From: Bdellovibrionales bacterium
Lineage (GTDB): Bacteria; Bdellovibrionota; Bdellovibrionia; Bdellovibrionales; Bdellovibrionaceae
Assembly (NCBI GenBank): GCA_031370005.1
Contig: JANMPT010000003.1
Coordinates: 16,229 to 80,228 of the forward strand
DNA length: 64,000 bases
Reading direction: 5' to 3'
The position numbers were made by a program, and so were the translations under genes. The notes under the pieces were generated by a model, which was not told where the DNA came from, did no database searches, and saw only the letters and a list, made by a program, of their open reading frames with translations. This document shows, in pieces, positions 10,559 through 19,481 of this stretch. The stretch's first letter is position 1. Each line of letters opens with the position of its first letter.

Positions 10559-11194
10559 TTAAAGACTCGCTAGGGTCTGTGCAATAGCCTTTCGAGCACT
10601 GGCAATCTCGAGCAATACTTCACTGGCCTGCGAAGGTGAAAGCGCATTAGCTACGGCTGCGATGTTGCTCGACATCACCATCAATGGCCCATAGAGACTC
10701 ATTACGACCCCGGCGGCTTGTGAAATAAGGCCGGCAATATAAAGCTGCTTGTTATATTTTTCACTTTCACTATATCTGCCCAAGGAGACTTGAATTAATT
10801 CCAAGGATTTATCTAGTTCCACTAGCAAGGCAACGGTTCTTTCATCTTCAGGTGCAGCACGGGCCGCAAGAATTTCCTGGCGTGCTTTGATCAATGCATT
10901 GTTGGCTGGTATTTCACTACTATCATTTTTTTGAAACCTTACAAGAAGCTCTAATGCGCTGGCAACCAGTCCAGCAGTCGCCGCGCGAACAGACAGGCTC
11001 GAAGTGCTATTTCCAGGATTTTGCCGTCGTAGAATGGCAGCGGCAACTTCGGCCAAAGCCTGATCGAGTTTTTTCAGATCATGACGAATGATTTCTTGCT
11101 CGCTAACCCCATACATACCAGAACTTTGTGCTAAAGCGATATTTTGTGCACTCATCAGACAAACGATTGCCAGTGAAAGAATTCGGGCCTTCAT
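10559..11194 (-). CDS. hypothetical exported helical protein
   Basis: Start moved to Met31 (ATG at 11192-11194, AAGGAG RBS), giving the signal peptide MKARILSLAIVCLMSAQNIALAQ. No recognisable family. Confidence 0.45.
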   Translation of the reverse strand: MKARILSLAIVCLMSAQNIALAQSSGMYGVSEQEIIRHDLKKLDQALAEVAAAILRRQNPGNSTSSLSVRAATAGLVASALELLVRFQKNDSSEIPANNALIKARQEILAARAAPEDERTVALLVELDKSLELIQVSLGRYSESEKYNKQLYIAGLISQAAGVVMSLYGPLMVMSSNIAAVANALSPSQASEVLLEIASARKAIAQTLASL

Positions 11195-11450
11195 ATATGC
11201 TCCTTTAAATGGATGCAGCGATCCAATGAGTTGGAGAGCAAAATCTTTGCCAATTGACCATTGATTTAATTTGATTTGAGTCATTTAAAAACGTCTGAAC
11301 GCTCTTTGAAAGCCCTTTTGGGCCAGCCAGCGTCTAGAGCTTAGCCGCTCTATTTGGGAAAAGGATAAAAAAACAACTTAAACGCAACGCCTTTAGACTT
11401 TCAGTTTTTGTTAAATAATTCTAGTCTTAGCCCACCTCAAGGAGAACCAC

Positions 11451-11867
11451 ATGAAAATACTTATCTCAGCTTTTTTACTAACTATGTCTTTTATCACCGC
11501 AGTAGACGTTCAAGCCGCGGATAAAAAAATTGGAAACCTCATCGCAGTAGAACGCAGCATAGACAATATTTATAATACATGCGCTGATCAGTTCACCGCA
11601 CCAACTACTGACTCAAGTTTTTTTTCATGCAAATTCGACGCTAAAAAAAATAGCGCAGATATCACCCCAGCTGCACAAAGACTTTTGAGCCTATCAACCC
11701 CTACTTGTGAGGTTGATGGATACGTACAAAACTCTGTAGTTCTTGTCCTGATCCAAATTAAATCTACTCACGTAAACCAAGCAAGTGCTAAGGCCTGCCT
11801 TCAGCAAGCCCTCGATGCATCCAAGAATAAAGACAGTTTTAAATTTATAATGTACACAATCGAGTGA
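11451..11867 (+). CDS. hypothetical exported protein
   Basis: 138-aa ORF with a signal peptide (ILISAFLLTMSFITAVDVQA), a GGAG RBS upstream and four Cys residues. Confidence 0.45.
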   Translation: MKILISAFLLTMSFITAVDVQAADKKIGNLIAVERSIDNIYNTCADQFTAPTTDSSFFSCKFDAKKNSADITPAAQRLLSLSTPTCEVDGYVQNSVVLVLIQIKSTHVNQASAKACLQQALDASKNKDSFKFIMYTIE

Positions 11868-11985
11868 ATGCTTGAATCTGTCAGCTAAGTTAAGACTAAA
11901 GTCTATTAAAGACAGCATAAAGCAGTAGCTTCCTAGGCAGAAAGCCCAAGCCAGCTTATTCTTGAGCCCACCAGGGGGCTTTTGA

Positions 11986-13653
11986 ATGAAGTTTTTGGTG
12001 ACCGCACTTTTGCTAATTTTTAGTCTTAAAATTTATGCAGTTTCTCCTGATTGGAGCGAAAAAGCTCCAATCCCCGTGGGTGCCAATCCCTATCAGTTTT
12101 CAGCAGATATCTTTCAACAGGTTCGTGATACCGGAAAAATCCATGCACAGATTTATCCTGTCATTGTAACTGGCATGCTTCCCCCATATGAGCCCACCCG
12201 TCATCTAATTGAAGACTCTTCAGCAAATCCTCTGCGTGAATTCCTGAACGCTCTCGTTCGTGGAGTTTCCGGTTATCATAGTATGGAAGACGTTCTTAAA
12301 GAACTTGGGCTTCATGAATATCCGAAAGCCACCGACCAAGGAGTTTATGCTGTCCCCTATCCTCAAGGAGTTCGCCCTGACCATCGAATGGGTTTCGGGC
12401 TCATTGACACTGAGCTAGGAACTGGATTTAGTTTTAGTTGCGCTGCTTGCCACTCCGCAAATCTCTTTGGAAAAACCGTTCTTGGCATGACAAACCGCTT
12501 TCCCCGAGCTAATGAGTTTTTTATTAAAGCCAAAAAGGCAAGCGAGTTCGTCCAACCAGCATTTTTTAAAGCCTATACAAATGCCACCAGCGGCGAAACT
12601 CAGATGTTAAAACAACTCAAACAAAATATAAAATCCATAGAAGTGAAGAAGCCCATCGCACTTGGCCTAGATACCTCGCTCGTTCAAGTAAGCCTCTCTT
12701 TAAATCACCGCAATAAAGATCCCTTTGCAACATTCAGTGAATTTTATGCATCAAACCCACGCCCTGACGCTATTTTAGATTCCGCTCCTGCAGATTCAAA
12801 ACCTGCCGTCTGGTGGAATTTAAAATATAAAAACCGCTGGCTCTCAGATGGCTCCGTTATCAGCGGCAATCCCATCGTGACCAACATCTTATGGAATGAA
12901 ATTGGCCGTGGTGCAGATCTTATGAAACTCGAATCTTGGTTGTTACAAAATGAAAAAATCATACAAGAAATCACGACGGCTGTTTTCTCTTCAGAAGCTC
13001 CGCGCTTCACGGATTTCTTCACTGCTGACAAAATAGATCTGGTAAAAGCCAAACAGGGTGAAGAGATTTTTAATAATGCATGCGCGCGCTGCCATGGTCA
13101 CTATGACAAGGCCTGGAGTCTTCCAAACGCAAATCAGCTAAGCCCCCTTGAAAAATTACAAACCATTGCAGTTCGCTATAAAACGCAAACTCAGGTTAAG
13201 GATGTGGGAACAGATCCCTACCGCTATCGCGGCATGAAATCACTTGAGCAGCTCAATGATCTTTCGATTCCTAAAAAAAATGGGGTTGTAGTGCGTGCTC
13301 AACAGGGCTATGTGCCTCCGCCCCTGGTGGGAATTTGGGCACGCTGGCCCTACTTTCACAACAACTCGGTGCCGAGTCTTTGCGCAGTCCTGAGTGCACA
13401 GAAAAATCGCCCGCAGTTTTATTATTCTGGCGAAGCTCAAGTACCTGAAACCGATTTTGATATTGACTGTAATGGTTATCCCTTAGGATCGAAGACTCCG
13501 AATAGTTGGAAAAATTCAAAGCATCTCTATGACACCCGCAAGATCGGGATGGGCAACCAAGGACATGATGAAGACATTTTCCTTGAAAAGGGCAGAGAGC
13601 TTCTTTCGCCGCAGCAAAAGAAAGCTCTCATTTACTTCTTACAAACTCTTTAG
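11986..13653 (+). CDS. di-haem cytochrome c peroxidase-like protein
   Basis: 555-aa exported ORF with two CXXCH haem-binding motifs (CAACH, CARCH). Also has a CCP/MauG-like segment PPPLVGIWARWPYFHNNSVPSL. Confidence 0.65.
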   Translation: MKFLVTALLLIFSLKIYAVSPDWSEKAPIPVGANPYQFSADIFQQVRDTGKIHAQIYPVIVTGMLPPYEPTRHLIEDSSANPLREFLNALVRGVSGYHSMEDVLKELGLHEYPKATDQGVYAVPYPQGVRPDHRMGFGLIDTELGTGFSFSCAACHSANLFGKTVLGMTNRFPRANEFFIKAKKASEFVQPAFFKAYTNATSGETQMLKQLKQNIKSIEVKKPIALGLDTSLVQVSLSLNHRNKDPFATFSEFYASNPRPDAILDSAPADSKPAVWWNLKYKNRWLSDGSVISGNPIVTNILWNEIGRGADLMKLESWLLQNEKIIQEITTAVFSSEAPRFTDFFTADKIDLVKAKQGEEIFNNACARCHGHYDKAWSLPNANQLSPLEKLQTIAVRYKTQTQVKDVGTDPYRYRGMKSLEQLNDLSIPKKNGVVVRAQQGYVPPPLVGIWARWPYFHNNSVPSLCAVLSAQKNRPQFYYSGEAQVPETDFDIDCNGYPLGSKTPNSWKNSKHLYDTRKIGMGNQGHDEDIFLEKGRELLSPQQKKALIYFLQTL

Positions 13654-13656
13654 AAT

Positions 13657-14766
13657 CTAAATGCTAGATAATAACTCTTCCAAGGCCGCTTGATCTTTCA
13701 CTCCGTGAAATTTCAAATCCACACGACGATTTTGCTGCATATCCTCTGGTAGCAAAGACTTATAACGCACTCCAGGGGGCTCCTGCCAGCTAGTTTGGAT
13801 TTTCTTCTTATCCAATCCTCCTTGCGTAAGTCGTTTTGAAACCTGTTCAGATCTTGCCTTAGAGATTTTCATGTTGCTTTGATCTGAGCCAGTTTGATCT
13901 GCAAAGCCTACGACTTCAACTTTTTGAAAAAGATCCGGCCTTTGAGAAAGTGCTTTGCCGAGCCTCTCAACATAATCTGCATTTATCCCCGTCAAAGTCA
14001 CACGACCTGGATCAAATTGCATATGCACATCATTTCTCATTGTCATCATGTTATCTTTTGGATCGCCCTCAATCACTCGCTGCGAATTAATTCCATAAGT
14101 CTCATCTGAGGCCATTTCACGTTTGGTTTCAACACTTGCTCTAGCGACCGGCGGCGCCTTCTGCTCGGAGCCAAAGCCCCATTGCAGATCCAGCATCACC
14201 GTACTAATGCTTGTGCTTGGGATACTAAGACTTGTTAAGCCTTTTAGACCCACGCGAAACATATTGGAATTATTTATTGGAATTTCCTTGATCAGTTGCA
14301 AGCCACCAAAAGTAGTAAGGTTCGGATCGCTGGAGCCATAACGGTCACCGCCCCCAATATAGCTATCTGCGGCCACACCGAACTGCCAACGATTCGCCCA
14401 ATTATATCTCCAGGCCAACTCTGCAAGTCCTCCAGAGATAAAATTATTTTGTGTATTACTTTTTTGCGTAAAACTATCACTCATAAAGCCTAATCCCGCA
14501 TCAAAAACATTATGCCTATCTTCGCTGAAATAAGACCCTATGACTTTCAGGTCCCCTGGCATCCCCTCGGTCTTCAAAGTATTATCTGAAGACATATACC
14601 CACTCGACAGTCCTATAAATGGGAACCACCCCACTGGATCATGAACGTTCATGGAGCCCATTTTGAACATGCCCATTGCTGAGGTTTGCGATTCTTCGGC
14701 CATTGTTGTTAGAGAAGCGAACAGACTTACTACAGTAAGAGATGTTGCCATTGTTTTTTTGAACAT
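13657..14766 (-). CDS. OmpA-family outer-membrane protein
   Basis: Start set at the ATG 14764-14766, behind an AAGGAGG RBS. Has a signal peptide, a beta-rich N-terminal part and a C-terminal OmpA-like domain (VEVVGFADQTGSDQSNMKISKARSEQV...NRRVDL). Confidence 0.8.
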   Translation of the reverse strand: MFKKTMATSLTVVSLFASLTTMAEESQTSAMGMFKMGSMNVHDPVGWFPFIGLSSGYMSSDNTLKTEGMPGDLKVIGSYFSEDRHNVFDAGLGFMSDSFTQKSNTQNNFISGGLAELAWRYNWANRWQFGVAADSYIGGGDRYGSSDPNLTTFGGLQLIKEIPINNSNMFRVGLKGLTSLSIPSTSISTVMLDLQWGFGSEQKAPPVARASVETKREMASDETYGINSQRVIEGDPKDNMMTMRNDVHMQFDPGRVTLTGINADYVERLGKALSQRPDLFQKVEVVGFADQTGSDQSNMKISKARSEQVSKRLTQGGLDKKKIQTSWQEPPGVRYKSLLPEDMQQNRRVDLKFHGVKDQAALEELLSSI

Positions 14767-15035
14767 AAAGTCCTCCTTTTGAATGGTCTTACGTATAGCC
14801 AAGTCCTGTGTAAGAACCGTGAAGGAAGTATGACAATTTCGAGATTAATACTAAAAAGGACATAAAAAAGTACTTTCCTTTTTTAAAGAGTGTCTTTGGC
14901 CATAAAAACGACCCAAGACCTCGACCTTGGAAGGAGCCAAATAAGGAGCAAGAGCCCAGCGAATTGAAACTTAATCAATTTTAGTAGGCTGCCGATAAGA
15001 CTCTAGAAGCAAAACCTAACAAAGGGGTATTATTT

Positions 15036-15344
15036 ATGGGTTTTAACCAACAATATGATGTTCCGGGTCTTTTTGACTTCCTCACAAACACTCCCGAGAC
15101 CGGTCTCAGAAAAATGCTGGTTGATAATAAAACTTTCACAGACGTTCATTTTAGTCTCATGATGAAAGTTGTTCGTACATGTGATGAAACAAAATTCTGC
15201 GAACACACCGAAAAAACAGATTTTCCAAAGGTAAAATTTGGAGCAGCTGAAATCAAACTCAAAGAAAAATTCTGGAATGACTGCTTTACTTGTCTTTCAA
15301 GCAAAGGCCTTCTGAATCCAGCTCAGAAAAAGCATGCAGCTTAA
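15036..15344 (+). CDS. hypothetical protein
   Basis: 102-aa ORF with no recognisable family. It is the last ORF before tRNA-Leu. Confidence 0.35.
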   Translation: MGFNQQYDVPGLFDFLTNTPETGLRKMLVDNKTFTDVHFSLMMKVVRTCDETKFCEHTEKTDFPKVKFGAAEIKLKEKFWNDCFTCLSSKGLLNPAQKKHAA

Positions 15345-15365
15345 ACGATCATAAACTCCCATCGC

Positions 15366-15451
15366 GCGCGGGTGGTGAAATGGTAGACACGCAGGTCTCA
15401 GAAGCCTGTGGCCGAAAGGCTGTGGGGGTTCAAGTCCCCCCTCGCGCACCA
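15366..15451 (+). tRNA. tRNA-Leu (anticodon CAG), class II with long variable arm
   Basis: Hand-folded: acceptor GCGCGGG/CTCGCGC (one G-U pair), D-arm GTG-AAATGGTAGA-CAC, anticodon stem CAGGT/GCCTG with loop CTCAGAA. Variable arm is TGGCCGAAAGGCTGT, T-arm is GGGGG-TTCAAGT-CCCCC, discriminator is A and the CCA is encoded. Confidence 0.9.
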
Positions 15452-17127
15452 ATACCTACAGTACTCGAGCCGGCACGGGTTTGAGGAAATGGGATCACAG
15501 AACCTTCTTTTTTCAAATTTATAGAAATTCCATCGGTGCCGGTTGCTTTGAAGGGTGACGAAGTTTCTTCATCTTGTGGAGTTTCTGCGCCCTTTGCGGG
15601 CGCATACATTCCAATTTTGATTTTGGTTGGCTGAATCTCGATAAATTTAATCAGGTTTGCGAAAATCGGTCTTTGATTTTCAGGCTCTGAAATCTCAAGT
15701 CTATTAATAGTCTGCTTAATCCTATCTTTAAGACCATCTTCGTTAATTTGCTCAGACATAATCTGCATCGATTGAGATCTGAGTTTTTCTTTCGCAAATT
15801 TCAAATCGGCGAGCTTCACATTCAATTGTTTGATCTGCTCGTAGAATTGATCGGCGGGAAGATCTGCCGGCAACTCTGAAACTCTTTGCACAAGATTTGT
15901 GATCTTCTTGGCCGTTGTTTGAATTTCCGTGTCCATCACCTTTTGACGTGATTGCATCTCAGGCCAGTCACTTATGGACTTTTCTTTGTAAATGGCAATC
16001 CACTTTTCTATAAGGCCAGGTTCATTGAGAAGTTGTTTTAAGGACTTTAAAACAATCTCCTCTAACCGGTAAGCTCTCACGTTCTTGACCTGGCATTTAG
16101 GTTTTAGCTCCTGGGCCAGCGGATTCTTGATCTGCGAATGCCCATAGTAAAAATGCTTTTCTTTCCGGCCAATGCCGGATTTCCCACCCATAGCTTTGCC
16201 ACACTCACTGCATTGAATGAGTTCCGTCAGTGGAAAGGCATGATTTTTCCAGTCCTCAGGTTTATATTTATTTTTGTTCTTATGAAGGCGCTCTTGTACT
16301 TTGTTAAAAAAGGCTTCCTCGATGATTGGTTTCCAAACGGCAGAGACCAGCTCTCGATTTCCGTCAACATGAGCCACTTCGCGCTTTCCTAGGTAAATGG
16401 GGTTTGTCAAAAGACTTTGCAGAGTGTCCACGGTAAAAACATTACCGCCCTTATCAAGGCCGTGCTTGTTGGTGTACTTTTTGTTAAAGATTCCTTCTTT
16501 AATCAATCTGATTTGGGTCTTTCGGACTGATCCTTCCTCTATAAAAGTCTCAAATATTTTTATAACATCTGCCGATTCAAGATCGTTAATGAGCAGTTCA
16601 CCTTTGTTCTTGGGGTTTCGGTCATATCCTAGGGGGATGCTTCCACCGTTCCAAAGGCCACGTTTTGCCCGGCTAAGCCAGTTGGCAGAAATTCTCTCAG
16701 CGGTTTGTTTGCGCTCGTACTGGGCATAATTTATGAGGTTAAAAACCATCATCTCGCCCGATGCAGTTGTGGTATCAAAAGATTCTCGAAGGGTGATGAA
16801 GCTGGCCTGATGCTTTTTTAACAGATCCCTGATGTCACAAAAATCACGAATATTACGGGATAAACGGGACAGCTCAGTTGCCAAAATCAAATTCACACGG
16901 CCGCCCTGGACGTCGGCTAGCATTCTTCTGAACTCAGGCCGATTCATATCTTTGGCAGATCTACCTTCGTCACAATAGAATTCTACAATGTGACCCCAGT
17001 TGGCCTTGAGCTTGTTTTGATATTCCACATACTCAACAATTCGATTTTTCTGCGAGACCAGGGAGCCATCTACAATTCTGGCCTGCTCTTCCGTCGATAC
17101 CCGAATGTACACTCCGCAACGCTTCAT
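15430..17127 (-). CDS. large serine recombinase (resolvase/invertase catalytic domain, recombinase domain, zinc ribbon, coiled coil)
   Basis: 565-aa ORF with an N-terminal catalytic motif (GVYIRVSTEEQ) and LSRLSRN. Has a recombinase-domain region, a Cys cluster (CSECGKAMGG...C) and a long helical C-terminal part. The last ~7 codons and the stop lie inside the tRNA-Leu gene. Confidence 0.9.
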   Translation of the reverse strand: MKRCGVYIRVSTEEQARIVDGSLVSQKNRIVEYVEYQNKLKANWGHIVEFYCDEGRSAKDMNRPEFRRMLADVQGGRVNLILATELSRLSRNIRDFCDIRDLLKKHQASFITLRESFDTTTASGEMMVFNLINYAQYERKQTAERISANWLSRAKRGLWNGGSIPLGYDRNPKNKGELLINDLESADVIKIFETFIEEGSVRKTQIRLIKEGIFNKKYTNKHGLDKGGNVFTVDTLQSLLTNPIYLGKREVAHVDGNRELVSAVWKPIIEEAFFNKVQERLHKNKNKYKPEDWKNHAFPLTELIQCSECGKAMGGKSGIGRKEKHFYYGHSQIKNPLAQELKPKCQVKNVRAYRLEEIVLKSLKQLLNEPGLIEKWIAIYKEKSISDWPEMQSRQKVMDTEIQTTAKKITNLVQRVSELPADLPADQFYEQIKQLNVKLADLKFAKEKLRSQSMQIMSEQINEDGLKDRIKQTINRLEISEPENQRPIFANLIKFIEIQPTKIKIGMYAPAKGAETPQDEETSSPFKATGTDGISINLKKEGSVIPFPQTRAGSSTVGIGARGGT

Positions 17128-17318
17128 GCGACCTCGCTTTCGATAAAGTCCTTTTGAATGGCCTCAGTTTTATCATGGTCATTGCCCATTTCAAGTAGGC
17201 ATTTTATGACGCGAGCTACGCGCTCGTTATAATCTTCCTCAGTTATTTTAATCTTCACGACCGCCACATTTTCTTCGTAAACGTAATCATTTTTAGAACC
17301 CATTATTTTAATCCCCAC
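17124..17318 (-). CDS. small hypothetical protein translationally coupled to the recombinase
   Basis: 64-aa ORF with a GTG start; an alternative ATG lies at 17301-17303. Its TGA stop overlaps the recombinase ATG (ATGA overlap at 17124-17127). No family recognised. Confidence 0.4.
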   Translation of the reverse strand: MGIKIMGSKNDYVYEENVAVVKIKITEEDYNERVARVIKCLLEMGNDHDKTEAIQKDFIESEVA

Positions 17319-17398
17319 ATACCAATCACCTCCCGGCTCAAGTTTTATTTTTCAAATTTTCATGCCTCCGTTTTTCCTTTCTTCGTTTTCAGTTTTAG

Positions 17399-18388
17399 TT
17401 ATCCACATTTCTCATAACCCCTCTCCGTCACATCTTTATCAGTCCCAGATCCCTCTTCTCCGGCCACAGCTTCTGACCCCAGTCCACCTTTCGTTGGGGG
17501 AGTGGGGTCAGAAGCGATCAGTGGCCGGTTCCCAGGTTCTGTTTTTTCTGAATTTATTTGTGATGGAGAGGGGTTATCTGCAATTTCCGCGTTCAAATTT
17601 TGGTCGGCTTTGTTGCTCACCCCTTGAGTAGCTTTGTTTCCCTCTGATTTCCACACATCAAAGGCCAATTCGCCAAATGAGACAAAGCGGCTATCTTTTA
17701 AAAAGAAAACTTTTGAGTCTCTTTTATTCTTAAAAAAGTCATTAAGGTGGCTCACAAAGATATGCTGCCGATCATTTCTAAAACTTTGCTTTTGCCAACC
17801 GGCTTTAAGTGCATGGACAAGGCCCTTGTCTTTGATGAAGTACCAAATAATATCAATACGGTTTTTGTCAGCGTACTCAGTGAATGTTTCCCGGTATCTC
17901 AAGTGGCTTTTCTGAGTAAGCTCTAGCTCCACCGCAATCACCAAAGCTTTGCCATTCATCATCTCCGCCATGAGCCCATCTGGGATGATTTTGTTACGGG
18001 CTTTTTTATAATCATGTCTGAAAGCTCCTGCCTTCATGACACATTCGGAAGTCCACTCAAGGCCAAGATTCATTGCCTCAAAGGCAAGTCTCAAGTCATT
18101 CAAAAGCACATCATGTTCAATGGTGTTGCGGTTTGAAAATTTAAATGAGTCTTCTAAACCGAGAAGTCTTCGGCCGCCAACATCAAGCCGCCAGGTGTTT
18201 GTGCCATTCTTTAATGTCACTCCGCGAGAGATAAAACGCCCTTCCTCTAAAAGGCGCAGCCGCTTCATGACAGTGGTGTGGGCAACACCCTTAAAAAAGA
18301 GAGCCCCAATTTGACGAGTCGAGAGGACTCCAAATTTATAAATACTGGCAATAATTTCTTTGTCCCTTGCCTGTAACTTCATCCCCAA
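17399..18388 (-). CDS. replication-relaxation (Replic_Relax-like) family protein
   Basis: 329-aa ORF with an N-terminal winged-helix-like segment (RDKEIIASIYKFGVLSTRQIGALFF...TVMKRLRLLEEGRFI). It is followed by IEHD...IPDG...AVELELTQKS, a nuclease-fold-like motif pattern of this family, and has a low-complexity acidic/Pro-rich tail. Confidence 0.65.
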   Translation of the reverse strand: MGMKLQARDKEIIASIYKFGVLSTRQIGALFFKGVAHTTVMKRLRLLEEGRFISRGVTLKNGTNTWRLDVGGRRLLGLEDSFKFSNRNTIEHDVLLNDLRLAFEAMNLGLEWTSECVMKAGAFRHDYKKARNKIIPDGLMAEMMNGKALVIAVELELTQKSHLRYRETFTEYADKNRIDIIWYFIKDKGLVHALKAGWQKQSFRNDRQHIFVSHLNDFFKNKRDSKVFFLKDSRFVSFGELAFDVWKSEGNKATQGVSNKADQNLNAEIADNPSPSQINSEKTEPGNRPLIASDPTPPTKGGLGSEAVAGEEGSGTDKDVTERGYEKCG

Positions 18389-18987
18389 TGTCCTTTGATG
18401 ATTTCATTGATGGCTTTTTTGCTCACGACTTTAAGACTTTTCTCGTGAGCTTGACGGGCCAGCTCCTCGGAAATCTTGCGCTCATATTCAACCTCCTGGG
18501 CCTTCAGAATTTCCAACTGCTTCGCCTCATACTTTTTACGGCGTTCATTGGCCGCAGTGATTTTGGCTTGTTCCATCTGCTGACGCTGTTCTTCCGGCAA
18601 AGCCATATAGGCATTTTCTTTTTCAATTCGCCCCAACTCAATCCGCTGAAGAATAGCCTGGCATTCCAGTTCATCCAGCTCGGCTTGGGTGAGACGCTTT
18701 TCTTCGGCCAATTGCTTTTGCTTGTGGGTCCAATTATTCAAAAAGAATTTCAAGGCAGGGGTAGAAATCAGAAATAGAAAAAATAGGCCAGCGCAGATCA
18801 GGCAAAGGTAAACTGCATTGACCTCCATGCGCCATAGAGGCCCAACAAGACCATCCCAAAGGAAATGGCCCCTGTGATCAAGACCACTGATCCAAAAGCC
18901 CCAACGAAGCACGTTAAAGAGAAATACACACATGCCCAGTTTTATTAAGAGCACTTTCTCAAAATTTTTTATAGGCACCTCCCTCAT
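18379..18987 (-). CDS. hypothetical membrane protein with C-terminal coiled coil
   Basis: 202-aa ORF with two to three hydrophobic helices, then a charged heptad-like region (KQKQLAEEKRLTQAELDELECQAILQRIELGRIEKEN...). Its stop overlaps the next ORF's start by 10 nt. Confidence 0.45.
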   Translation of the reverse strand: MREVPIKNFEKVLLIKLGMCVFLFNVLRWGFWISGLDHRGHFLWDGLVGPLWRMEVNAVYLCLICAGLFFLFLISTPALKFFLNNWTHKQKQLAEEKRLTQAELDELECQAILQRIELGRIEKENAYMALPEEQRQQMEQAKITAANERRKKYEAKQLEILKAQEVEYERKISEELARQAHEKSLKVVSKKAINEIIKGHWG

Positions 18988-18989
18988 TT

Positions 18990-19056
18990 AAAAATCACTC
19001 GCTTCTCATAGGTAATATCAAAAACGATGCCGTATTCGTGTCGCAGAGTGATTTTT
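18990..19056. promoter_or_regulatory. 11-bp inverted repeat (AAAAATCACTC ... GAGTGATTTTT) immediately upstream of the module's first ORF
   Basis: The arms at 18990-19000 and 19046-19056 are exact reverse complements. The proximal arm lies 3 nt from the ATG at 18985-18987. Confidence 0.4.
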
Positions 19057-19112
19057 CTATAAGCCTTTGTTTTCAAGACACAAAAATGATTTCCATACTT
19101 TTTGTGGCCCGC

Positions 19113-19140
19113 TTTAAGTGACGAAACTTCGTCACTTAAA
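19113..19140. repeat. perfect 28-bp palindrome containing TGACGAA-NN-TTCGTCA (copy 1 of 3)
   Basis: TTTAAGTGACGAA-ac-TTCGTCACTTAAA, with 13-bp arms that are exact reverse complements. Confidence 0.9.
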
Positions 19141-19217
19141 ATTTAGGCTCGCCCTCGGTTTTGAACCTCAATTGAATCAATTCACCAACTTAGCAACGAC
19201 GAGACCTCGACACGATT

Positions 19218-19233
19218 TGACGAACATTCGTCG
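19218..19233. repeat. TGACGAA-NN-TTCGTC(g) palindrome (copy 2 of 3)
   Basis: TGACGAA-ca-TTCGTCg has the same half-sites and spacing as copies 1 and 3, with one terminal mismatch. Confidence 0.85.
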
Positions 19234-19308
19234 CACACGACTTTTTAAAATTGCAAGGCCATGCCAGCATGACCGAAAAGTGATTTAAGTTTTGGGAAAC
19301 TCAAACGA

Positions 19309-19330
19309 ATATTGAGATCCATCTCAATAT
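19309..19330. repeat. perfect palindrome ATATTGAGAT-cc-ATCTCAATAT
   Basis: The 10-bp arms are exact reverse complements. Confidence 0.9.
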
Positions 19331-19340
19331 GATAGGGCTG

Positions 19341-19367
19341 AAAAGTTTCAAATAATTTGAAACTTTT
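19341..19367. repeat. perfect 27-bp palindrome AAAAGTTTCAAAT-a-ATTTGAAACTTTT
   Basis: The 13-bp arms are exact reverse complements. The TTTCAAAT core recurs in the next inverted repeat. Confidence 0.9.
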
Positions 19368-19402
19368 TTTTGGGTCTTGAATGAAATCATAGACTTGAGT
19401 CA

Positions 19403-19438
19403 TTTCAAATTTCTTGAAGACTTTCAGGAAATTTGAAA
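19403..19438. repeat. inverted repeat TTTCAAATTTC - 14 nt - GAAATTTGAAA
   Basis: The 11-bp arms at 19403-19413 and 19428-19438 are exact reverse complements. They share the TTTCAAAT core with the 19341-19367 palindrome. Confidence 0.85.
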
Positions 19439-19465
19439 CCTCAAGCTCTGGCTGGGTTTTTCGGG

Positions 19466-19481
19466 TGACGAAATTTCGTCA
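19466..19481. repeat. perfect palindrome TGACGAA-at-TTCGTCA (copy 3 of 3)
   Basis: TGACGAAATTTCGTCA is self-complementary over 16 bp. Confidence 0.9.

Noticed and set aside
15290-15484. 64-aa plus-strand ORF spanning tRNA-Leu.
   Set aside because: It is fully explained by the tRNA gene and the flanking non-coding sequence.
19245-19403. 52-aa minus-strand ORF (MTQVYDFIQDPKKSFKLFETFQPYHIEMDLNIRL...) inside the palindrome-rich region.
   Set aside because: It has a weak RBS. The reading frame is built largely from the palindromes themselves, and no family resemblance was seen. It is kept as non-coding, although a small regulator cannot be excluded.
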